NCBI RefSeq assembly: GCF_009914755.1
Contig: NC_060947.1
Origin: the human T2T-CHM13v2.0 reference genome, Homo sapiens
Direction: 5' to 3' (one strand)
Length of the DNA stretch: 64,000 nucleotides
Numbering within the stretch: the first letter of the stretch is position 1; the number at the start of each line of letters is the position of its first letter. Shown here piece by piece: positions 1-10,338 of the stretch. A program made the translations under genes and the position numbers. The notes beneath the pieces were generated by a model. It was not told the DNA's origin. It made no database searches and saw only the letters and a list, made by a program, of their open reading frames with translations.

Positions 1-65
1 GGTGAATGCAAACATCCCAAAGAAGTTTCTGAGAATGCTTCCGTTTAGCTTTTAGGTGAAGATTA

Positions 66-82
66 TCCCGTTTCCAACGAAA
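66..82 (-). promoter_or_regulatory. CENP-B box, canonical (equivalent site in every HOR)
   Basis: + strand TCCCGTTTCCAACGAAA = TTTCGTTGGAAACGGGA on the minus strand; matches YTTCGTTGGAARCGGGA. Confidence 0.95.
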
Positions 83-111
83 TCTTCAAAGAGGTCCAAA
101 TATCCCCTTGC

Positions 112-117
112 GGATCC
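112..117. other. BamHI site defining the classical 2.0-kb DXZ1 unit (one per HOR)
   Basis: GGATCC within CCTTGCGGATCCCAC; seen at the equivalent position in all copies read. Confidence 0.9.
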
Positions 118-237
118 CACAGAAAGAGTGTTTCGAAACTGCTGTTTCAAAAGGAATCTTCAACTCTGTGAGTTGAATGCAATCATCACAAAGAAGTTTC
201 TGACAATGCTTCTCTCTCGTCTTTCTGTGAAGATAAA

Positions 238-278
238 GGAAAAGGCTTTCAGGCCTTTGCCACCACAGGCCTGAAAGC
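238..278. repeat. Inverted repeat (12-bp arms, 10-nt spacer) inside the elongated ~186-bp monomer; present in every HOR
   Basis: GCTTTCAGGCCT (245-256) is the exact reverse complement of AGGCCTGAAAGC (267-278). GGAAAAGGC (238-246) is complementary to GCCTTTTCC in the majority allele. Confidence 0.9.
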
Positions 279-422
279 GCTCCAAATGTCCACTTGCAGA
301 TTCTGCCAAAAGAATATTTCAAAACTGCTCTATGAAAAGCAATGTTAAACTCTGTGGCTCGAACACAAACATCACAAAGCGGTTTCTGAGAATGCTTCAG
401 TTTAGTTTTTCTGTGGAAATAT

Positions 423-439
423 TCCCGTTTCCAAAGAAA
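423..439 (-). promoter_or_regulatory. Degenerate CENP-B box (B-type monomer, probably non-binding)
   Basis: TCCCGTTTCCAAAGAAA: AGAA replaces the essential CGAA. Confidence 0.8.
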
Positions 440-593
440 TCTTCAAAGAGGTCCACGTATCCACTTACAGATTCTACAAAAGGACAGTTTCAAAACTGCT
501 CCATCAAAAGGAGGGTTCAACTGTGTGACTTGAATGCAATCATCACTCAGAAGTTTCTGAGAATGCTTCTCTTTAGTTTTTACGTGAACATAT

Positions 594-610
594 ACCCGTT
601 TCGAACGAAG
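594..610 (-). promoter_or_regulatory. CENP-B box variant retaining all 9 essential positions
   Basis: ACCCGTTTCGAACGAAG matches nCCCGnnTnnnnCGAAn, the reverse complement of nTTCGnnnnAnnCGGGn. Confidence 0.85.
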
Positions 611-760
611 GCCAGCCAGTGGTCCAAATATCCACTTGCAGATTATACAGAAAGAGTGTTTCGAACCTGAACTCTCAAAGGCAGGTTCATCTCTGCGAGT
701 TAAATGCATTCATCATGAAGAACTTTCTCAGCGTGTTTGTGTTTAGTTATGGGAAATTAT

Positions 761-777
761 TCCCGTTTCCAACGAAA
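761..777 (-). promoter_or_regulatory. CENP-B box, canonical
   Basis: TCCCGTTTCCAACGAAA. Confidence 0.95.
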
Positions 778-1102
778 TCCTCAGAGAGCTCCAAATATCC
801 ACCTGCAGATTCTACCAAAAGTGTATTTGGAAACTGCTCCATCAAAAGGCATGTTCAGCTCTGTGAGTGAAACTCCATCATCACAAAGAATATTCTGAGA
901 ATGCTTCCGTTTGCCTTTTATATGAAGTTCCTTCCTGTACTACCGTAGGCCTCAAAGCAGTCCAAATCTCCATTTGCAGATTCTATAAAAAGAGTGATTC
1001 CAATCTGCTCTATCAATAGGATTGTTCAACTCCATGAGTTGAATGCCATCCTCACAAAGTAGTTTCTGAGAATGCTTCTATCTGGTTTTTGTGTGAAGAT
1101 AT

Positions 1103-1119
1103 TTCCTTTTCCACCACAG
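1103..1119 (+). promoter_or_regulatory. A-type monomer box (pJalpha-like motif); diverged equivalents at 932, 1783, 1954 and ~252
   Basis: TTCCTTTTCCACCACAG, one mismatch to TTCCTTTTYCACCRTAG, at the position homologous to the CENP-B box. Confidence 0.75.
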
Positions 1120-1273
1120 GCCTCAAAGCCCTCCAAACGTCCACTTGCAGATTCTCGAAAAAGAGTGTTTCATAGCTGCTCTTTCAAAAGGAAAGTTCAA
1201 CTCTGGGAGTTGAATACAAACATCACAAAGTAGTTTCCGAGAATGCTTCTGTTTAGTTTTTATGTGAAGATGA

Positions 1274-1290
1274 TCCCGTTTCCAGTGAAA
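1274..1290 (-). promoter_or_regulatory. Degenerate CENP-B box
   Basis: TCCCGTTTCCAGTGAAA: essential CG replaced by TG. Confidence 0.8.
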
Positions 1291-1444
1291 TCTTCAAAGA
1301 GGTCCACATATCCCCTTGCAGATTCCAAAGAAAGAGGGTTTCAAAACTGCTCCATCAGAAGGATTGTTCAACTCTGTGAGTTGAATGCAGTCATCGCAGA
1401 AAACTTTCTGAGAATGCTTCTGTCTAGGTTTGATGTGAAGATAT

Positions 1445-1461
1445 AGACGTTTCAAACGAAG
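1445..1461 (-). promoter_or_regulatory. Degenerate CENP-B box
   Basis: AGACGTTTCAAACGAAG: GACG replaces CCCG. Confidence 0.75.
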
Positions 1462-1611
1462 GCTACAAAGTGGTCAAAATATACACTTGCAGATTCTACT
1501 ACAAGGGTGTTGCAAACCTGAACTATCAAAGGAAGGTTCAACTCTGTGAGTTGAATACAAACATCACAAAGAATGTTCTGAGTTTGCTTCCGTTCAGTTA
1601 TGGGAAGTTGA

Positions 1612-1628
1612 TCCCGTTTCCAACGAAA
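1612..1628 (-). promoter_or_regulatory. CENP-B box, canonical
   Basis: TCCCGTTTCCAACGAAA. Confidence 0.95.
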
Positions 1629-4600
1629 TCCTCAGAGAGGTCCAAATATCCCCTCGCAGATTCTACAAAACGTGTGTTTGGAAACTGCTCCATCATAACG
1701 AATGTTCAGCTCCCTGAGTTAAACTCCATCGTCACAAAGAATTTTCTGAGAGTGCTACCGTCTGGTTTTTATATGAAGTTCTTTCCTTCACTACCACAGG
1801 CCTCAAAGCGGTCCAAATCTCCACTTGCAGATTCTACAAAAAGAGTGTTTGCAAACTGCTCTATCAAAAGGAATGTTCAACTCTGGGAGTTGAATGCAAT
1901 CATCACAGAGCAGTTTCTGAGAATGCTTCTATGTCGTTTTTAGGAGAAGATATTTCCTTTTCCAACACAGTCCTCCAAGCCCGCTAAATAGCCACTTGCA
2001 CATTGTAGAAAAAGTGTGTCAAAGCTGCGCTATCAAAGGGAAAGTTCAACTCTGTGAGGTGAATGCAAACATCCCAAAGAAGTTTCTGAGAATGCTTCCG
2101 TTTAGCTTTTAGGTGAAGATTATCCCGTTTCCAACGAAACCTTCAAAGAGGTCCAAATATCCCCTTGCGGATCCCACAGAAAGAGTGTTTCGAAACTGCT
2201 GTTTCAAAAGGAATCTTCAACTCTGTGAGTTGAATGCAATCATCACAAAGAAGTTTCTGACAATGCTTCTCTCTCGTCTTTCTGTGAAGATAAAGGAAAA
2301 GGCTTTCAGGCCTTTGCCACCACAGGCCTGAAAGCGCTCCAAATGTCCACTTGCAGATTCTGCGAAAAGAATATTTCAAAACTGCTCTATGAAAAGCAAT
2401 GTTAAACTCTGTGGCTGGAACACAAACATCACAAAGCGGTTTCTGAGAATGTTTCAGTTTAGTTTTTCTGTGGAAATATTCCCGTTTCCAAAGAAATCTT
2501 CAAAGAGGTCCACGTATCCACTTACAGATTCTACAAAAAGACAGTTTCAAAACTGCTCCATCAAAAGGAGGATTCAACTGTGTGACTTGAATGCAATCAT
2601 CACTCAGAAGTTTCTGAGAATGCTTCTCTTTAGTTTTTACGTGAACATATACCCGTTTCGAACGAAGGCCACCCAGTGGTCCAAATATCCACTTGCAGAT
2701 TCTACAGAAAGAGTGTTTCGAACCTGAACTCTCAAAGGCAGGTTCATCTCTGCAAGTTAAATGCATTCATCATGAAGAACTTTCTCAGCGTGTTTGTGTT
2801 TAGTTATGGGAAATTATTCCCGTTTCCAACGAAATCCTCAGAGAGCTCCAAATATCCACCTGCTGATTCTACCAAAAGTGTATTTGGAAACTGCTCCATC
2901 AAAAGGCATGTTCAGCTCTGTGAGTGAAACTCCATCATCACAAAGAATATTCTGAGAATGCTTCCGTTTGCCTTTTATATGAAGTTCCTTCCTATACGAC
3001 CGTAGGCCTCAAAGCAGTCCAAATCTCCATTTGCAGATTCTACAAAAAGAGTGATTCCAATCTGCTCTATCAATAGGATTGTTCAACTCCATGAGTTGAA
3101 TGCCATCCTCACAAAGTAGTTTCTGAGAATGCTTCTATCTAGTTTTATGTGAAGATATTTCCTTTTCCACCACAGTCCTCAAAGCCCTCCAAACGTCCAC
3201 TTGCAGATTCTCGAAAAAGAGTGTTTCATAGCTGCTCTTTCAAAAGGAAAGTTCAACTCTGGGAGTTGAATACAAACATCACAAAGTAGTTTCCGAGAAT
3301 GCTTCTGTTTAGTTTTTATGTGAAGATGATCCCGTTTCCAGTGAAATCTTCAAAGAGGTCCACATATCCCCTTGCAGATTCCAAAGAAAGATGGTTTCAA
3401 AACTGCTCCATCAGAAGGATTGTTCAACTCTGTGAGTTGAATGCAGTCATCGCAGAAAACTTTCTGAGAATGCTTCTGTCTAGGTTTGATGTGAAGATAT
3501 AGACGTTTCAAATGAAGGCTACAAAGTGGTCAAAATATACACTTGCAGATTCTACTACAAGGGTGTTGCAAACCTGAACTATCAAAGGAAGGTTCAACTC
3601 TGTGAGTTGAATACAAACATCACAAAGAATGTTCTGAGTTTGCTTCCGTTCAGTTATGGGAAGTTGATCCCGTTTCCAACGAAATCCTCAGAGAGGTCCA
3701 AATATCCCCTTGCAGATTCTACAAAACGTGTGTTTGGAAACTGCTCCATCATAACGAATGTTCAGCTCCCTGAGTTAAACTCCATCGTCACAAAGAATTT
3801 TCTGAGAGTGCTACCGTCTGGTTTTTATATGAAGTTCTTTCCTTCACTACCACAGGCCTCAAAGCGGTCCAAATCTCCACTTGCAGATTCTACAAAAAGA
3901 GTGTTTGCAAACTGCTCTATCAAAAGGAATGTTCAACTCTGGGAGTTGAATGCAATCATCACAGAGCAGTTTCTGAGAATGCTTCTATGTCGTTTTTAGG
4001 AGAAGATATTTCCTTTTCCAACACAGTCCTCCAAGCCCGCTAAATAGCCACTTGCACATTGTAGAAAAAGTGTGTCAAAGCTGCGCTATCAAAGGGAAAG
4101 TTCAACTCTGTGAGGTGAATGCAAACATCCCAAAGAAGTTTCTGAGAATGCTTCCGTTTAGCTTTTAGGTGAAGATTATCCCGTTTCCAACGAAACCTTC
4201 AAAGAGGTCCAAATATCCCCTTGCGGATCCCACAGAAAGAGTGTTTCGAAACTGCTGTTTCAAAAGGAATCTTCAACTCTGTGAGTTGAATGCAATCATC
4301 ACAAAGAAGTTTCTGACAATGCTTCTCTCTCGTCTTTCTGTGAAGATAAAGGAAAAGGCTTTCAGGCCTTTGCCACCACAGGCCTGAAAGCGCTCCAAAT
4401 GTCCACTTGCAGATTCTGCCAAAAGAATATTTCAAAACTGCTCTATGAAAAGCAATGTTAAACTCTGTGGCTCGAACACAAACATCACAAAGCGGTTTCT
4501 GAGAATGCTTCAGTTTAGTTTTTCTGTGGAAATATTCCCGTTTCCAAAGAAATCTTCAAAGAGGTCCACGTATCCACTTACAGATTCTACAAAAGGACAG

Positions 4601-7600
4601 TTTCAAAACTGCTCCATCAAAAGGAGGGTTCAACTGTGTGACTTGAATGCAATCATCACTCAGAAGTTTCTGAGAATGCTTCTCTTTAGTTTTTACGTGA
4701 ACATATACCCGTTTCGAATGAAGGCCAGCCAGTGGTCCAAATATCCACTTGCAGATTCTACAGAAAGAGTGTTTCGAACCTGAACTCTCAAAGGCAGGTT
4801 CATCTCTGCGAGTTAAATGCATTCATCATGAAGAACTTTCTCAGCGTGTTTGTGTTTAGTTATGGGAAATTATTCCCGTTTCCAACGAAATCCTCAGAGA
4901 GCTCCAAATATCCACCTGCAGATTCTACCAAAAGTGTATTTGGAAACTGCTCCATCAAAAGGCATGTTCAGCTCTGTGAGTGAAACTCCATCATCACAAA
5001 GAATATTCTGAGAATGCTTCCGTTTGCCTTTTATATGAAGTTCCTTCCTATACGACCGTAGGCCTCAAAGCAGTCCAAATCTCCATTTGCAGATTCTACA
5101 AAAAGAGTGATTCCAATCTGCTCTATCAATAGGATTGTTCAACTCCATGAGTTGAATGCCATCCTCACAAAGTCGTTTCTGAGAATGCTTCTATCTAGTT
5201 TTTATGTGAAGATATTTCCTTTTCCACCACAGGCCTCAAAGCCCTCCAAACGTCCACTTGCAGATTCTCGAAAAAGAGTGTTTCATAGCTGCTCTTTCAA
5301 AAGGAAAGTTCAACTCTGGGAGTTGAATACAAACATCACAAAGTAGTTTCCGAGAATGCTTCTGTTTAGTTTTTATGTGAAGATGATCGATCCCGTTTCC
5401 AGTGAAATCTTCAAAGAGGTCCACATATCCCCTTGCAGATTCCAAAGAAAGAGGGTTTCAAAACTGCTCCATCAGAAGGATTGTTCAACTCTGTGAGTTG
5501 AATGCAGTCATCGCAGAAAACTTTCTGAGAATGCTTCTGTCTAGGTTTGATGTGAAGATATAGACGTTTCAAACGAAGGCTACAAAGTGGTCAAAATATA
5601 CACTTGCAGATTCTACTACAAGGGTGTTGCAAACCTGAACTATCAAAGGAAGGTTCAACTCTGTGAGTTGAATACAAACATCACAAAGAATGTTCTGAGT
5701 TTGCTTCCGTTCAGTTATGGGAAGTTGATCCCGTTTCCAACGAAATCCTCAGAGAGGTCCAAATATCCCCTCGCAGATTCTACAAAACGTGTGTTTGGAA
5801 ACTGCTCCATCATAACGAATGTTCAGCTCCCTGAGTTAAACTCCATCGTCACAAAGAATTTTCTGAGAGTGCTACCGTCTGGTTTTTATATGAAGTTCTT
5901 TCCTTCACTACCACAGGCCTCAAAGCGGTCCAAATCTCCACTTGCAGATTCTACAAAAAGAGTGTTTGCAAACTGCTCTATCAAAAGGAATGTTCAACTC
6001 TGGGAGTTGAATGCAATCATCACAGAGCAGTTTCTGAGAATGCTTCTATGTCGTTTTTAGAAGATATTTCCTTTTCCAACACAGTCCTCCAAGCCCGCTA
6101 AATAGCCACTTGCACATTGTAGAAAAAGTGTGTCAAAGCTGCGCTATCAAAGGGAAAGTTCAACTCTGTGAGGTGAATGCAAACATCCCAAAGAAGTTTC
6201 TGAGAATGCTTCCGTTTAGCTTTTAGGTGAAGATTATCCCGTTTCCAACGAAACCTTCAAAGAGGTCCAAATATCCCCTTGCGGATCCCACAGAAAGAGT
6301 GTTTCGAAACTGCTGTTTCAAAAGGAATCTTCAACTCTGTGAGTTGAATGCAATCATCACAAAGAAGTTTCTGACAATGCTTCTCTCTCGTCTTTCTGTG
6401 AAGATAAAGGAAAAGGCTTTCAGGCCTTTGCCACCACAGGCCTGAAAGCGCTCCAAATGTCCACTTGCAGATTCTGCCAAAAGAATATTTCAAAACTGCT
6501 CTATGAAAAGCAATGTTAAACTCTGTGGCTCGAACACAAACATCACAAAGCGGTTTCTGAGAATGCTTCAGTTTAGTTTTTCTGTGGAAATATTCCCGTT
6601 TCCAAAGAAATCTTCAAAGAGGTCCACGTATCCACTTACAGATTCTACAAAAGGACAGTTTCAAAACTGCTCCATCAAAAGGAGGGTTCAACTGTGTGAC
6701 TTGAATGCAATCATCACTCAGAAGTTTCTGAGAATGCTTCTCTTTAGTTTTTACGTGAACATATACCCGTTTCGAATGAAGGCCAGCCAGTGGTCCAAAT
6801 ATCCACTTGCAGATTCTACAGAAAGAGTGTTTCGAACCTGAACTCTCAAAGGCAGGTTCATCTCTGCGAGTTAAATGCATTCATCATGAAGAACTTTCTC
6901 AGCGTGTTTGTGTTTAGTTATGGGAAATTATTCCCGTTTCCAACGAAATCCTCAGAGAGCTCCAAATATCCACCTGCAGATTCTACCAAAAGTGTATTTG
7001 GAAACTGCTCCATCAAAAGGCATGTTCAGCTCTGTGAGTGAAACTCCATCATCACAAAGAATATTCTGAGAATGCTTCCGTTTGCCTTTTATATGAAGTT
7101 CCTTCCTATACGACCGTAGGCCTCAAAGCAGTCCAAATCTCCATTTGCAGATTCTACAAAAAGAGTGATTCCAATCTGCTCTATCAATAGGATTGTTCAA
7201 CTCCATGAGTTGAATGCCATCCTCACAAAGTCGTTTCTGAGAATGCTTCTATCTAGTTTTTATGTGAAGATATTTCCTTTTCCACCACAGGCCTCAAAGC
7301 CCTCCAAACGTCCACTTGCAGATTCTCGAAAAAGAGTGTTTCATAGCTGCTCTTTCAAAAGGAAAGTTCAACTCTGGGAGTTGAATACAAACATCACAAA
7401 GTAGTTTCCGAGAATGCTTCTGTTTAGTTTTTATGTGAAGATGATCCCGTTTCCAGTGAAATCTTCAAAGAGGTCCACATATCCCCTTGCAGATTCCAAA
7501 GAAAGAGGGTTTCAAAACTGCTCCATCAGAAGGATTGTTCAACTCTGTGAGTTGAATGCAGTCATCGCAGAAAACTTTCTGAGAATGCTTCTGTCTAGGT

Positions 7601-10338
7601 TTGATGTGAAGATATAGACGTTTCAAACGAAGGCTACAAAGTGGTCAAAATATACACTTGCAGATTCTACTACAAGGGTGTTGCAAACCTGAACTATCAA
7701 AGGAAGGTTCAACTCTGTGAGTTGAATACAAACATCACAAAGAATGTTCTGAGTTTGCTTCCGTTCAGTTATGGGAAGTTGATCCCGTTTCCAACGAAAT
7801 CCTCAGAGAGGTCCAAATATCCCCTCGCAGATTCTACAAAACGTGTGTTTGGAAACTGCTCCATCATAACGAATGTTCAGCTCCCTGAGTTAAACTCCAT
7901 CGTCACAAAGAATTTTCTGAGAGTGCTACCGTCTGGTTTTTATATGAAGTTCTTTCCTTCACTACCACAGGCCTCAAAGCGGTCCAAATCTCCACTTGCA
8001 GATTCTACAAAAAGAGTGTTTGCAAACTGCTCTATCAAAAGGAATGTTCAACTCTGGGAGTTGAATGCAATCATCACAGAGCAGTTTCTGAGAATGCTTC
8101 TATGTCGTTTTTAGAAGATATTTCCTTTTCCAACACAGTCCTCCAAGCCCGCTAAATAGCCACTTGCACATTGTAGAAAAAGTGTGTCAAAGCTGCGCTA
8201 TCAAAGGGAAAGTTCAACTCTGTGAGGTCAATGCAAACATCCCAAAGAAGTTTCTGAGAATGCTTCCGTTTAGCTTTTAGGTGAAGATTATCCCGTTTCC
8301 AACGAAACCTTCAAAGAGGTCCAAATATCCCCTTGCGGATCCCACAGAAAGAGTGTTTCGAAACTGCTGTTTCAAAAGGAATCTTCAACTCTGTGAGTTG
8401 AATGCAATCATCACAAAGAAGTTTCTGACAATGCTTCTCTCTCGTCTTTCTGTGAAGATAAAGGAAAAGGCTTTCAGGCCTTTGCCACCACAGGCCTGAA
8501 AGCGCTCCAAATGTCCACTTGCAGATTCTGCGAAAAGAATATTTCAAAACTGCTCTATGAAAAGCAATGTTAAACTCTGTGGCTCGAACACAAACATCAC
8601 AAAGCGGTTTCTGAGAATGCTTCAGTTTAGTTTTTCTGTGGAAATATTCCCGTTTCCAAAGAAATCTTCAAAGAGGTCCACGTATCCACTTACAGATTCT
8701 ACAAAAAGACAGTTTCAAAACTGCTCCATCAAAAGGAGTGTTCAACCGTGTGACTTGAATGCAATCATCACTCAGAAGTATCTGAGAATGCTTCTCTTTA
8801 GTTTTTACGTGAACATATACCCGTTTCGAATGAAGGCCACCCAGTGGTCCAAATATCCACTTGCAGATTATACAGAAAGAGTGTTTCGAAGCTGAACTCT
8901 CAAAGGGAGGTTCATCTCTGCGAGTTAAATGCATTCATCATGAAGAACTTTCTCAGAGTGTTTGTGTTTAGTTATGGGAAATTATTCCCGTTTCCAACGA
9001 AATCCTCAGAGAGCTCCAAATATCCACCTGCAGATTCTACCAAAAGTGTATTTGGAAACTGCTCCATCAAAAGGCATGTTCAGCTCTGTGAGTGAAACTC
9101 CATCATCACAAAGAATATTCTGAGAATGCTTCCGTTTGCCTTTTATATGAAGTTCCTTCCTGTACTACCGTAGGCCTCAAAGCAGTCCAAATCTCCATTT
9201 GCAGATTCTATAAAAAGAGTGATTCCAATCTGCTCTATCAATAGGATTGTTCAACTCCATGAGTTGAATGCCATCCTCACAAAGTCGTTTCTGAGAATGC
9301 TTCTATCTGGTTTTTGTGTGAAGATATTTCCTTTTCCACCACAGGCCTCAAAGCCCTCCAAACGTCCACTTGCAGATTCTCGAAAAAGAGTGTTTCATAG
9401 CTGCTCTTTCAAAAGGAAAGTTCAACTCTGGGAGTTGAATACAAACATCACAAAGTAGTTTCCGAGAATGCTTCTGTTTAGTTTTTATGTGAAGATGATC
9501 GATCCCGTTTCCAGTGAAATCTTCAAAGAGGTCCACATATCCCCTTGCAGATTCCAAAGAAAGAGGGTTTCAAAACTGCTCCATCAGAAGGATTGTTCAA
9601 CTCTGTGAGTTGAATGCAGTCATCGCAGAAAACTTTCTGAGAATGCTTCTGTCTAGGTTTGATGTGAAGATATAGACGTTTCAAACGAAGGCTACAAAGT
9701 GGTCAAAATATACACTTGCAGATTCTACTACAAGGGTGTTGCAAACCTGAACTATCAAAGGAAGGTTCAACTCTGTGAGTTGAATACAAACATCACAAAG
9801 AATGTTCTGAGTTTGCTTCCGTTCAGTTATGGGAAGTTGATCCCGTTTCCAACGAAATCCTCAGAGAGGTCCAAATATCCCCTCGCAGATTCTACAATAC
9901 GTGTGTTTGGAAACTGCTCCATCATAACGAATGTTCAGCTCCCTGAGTTAAACTCCATCGTCACAAAGAATTTTCTGAGAGTGCTACCGTCTGGTTTTTA
10001 TATGAAGTTCTTTCCTTCACTACCACAGGCCTCAAAGCGGTCCAAATCTCCACTTGCAGATTCTACAAAAAGAGTGTTTGCAAACTGCTCTATCAAAAGG
10101 AATGTTCAACTCTGGGAGTTGAATGCAATCATCACAGAGCAGTTTCTGAGAATGCTTCTATGTCGTTTTTAGAAGATATTTCCTTTTCCAACACAGTCCT
10201 CCAAGCCCGCTAAATAGCCACTTGCACATTGTAGAAAAAGTGTGTCAAAGCTGCGCTATCAAAGGGAAAGTTCAACTCTGTGAGGTGAATGCAAACATCC
10301 CAAAGAAGTTTCTGAGAATGCTTCCATTTAGCTTTTAG

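Larger units (their letters stand above)
56..2112 (-). repeat. Representative complete HOR unit (HOR1), 2057 bp, 12 monomers
   Basis: A/B-box positions at 66, ~252, 423, 594, 761, 932, 1103, 1274, 1445, 1612, 1783, 1954, next unit 2123. Spacings are ~186,171,171,167,171,171,171,171,167,171,171,169 and sum to 2057. Confidence 0.95.

Noticed and set aside
28-36. TTCTGAGAA in most monomers resembles a STAT GAS site (TTCN3GAA)
   Set aside because: It is a general alpha satellite consensus feature; nothing in the sequence supports transcription factor binding.
546-561. Short dyads such as CTCAGAA-GT-TTCTGAG and TTCATCATGAA
   Set aside because: Arms of 5-7 bp are expected by chance in AT-rich satellite and are much weaker than the 12-bp dyad.
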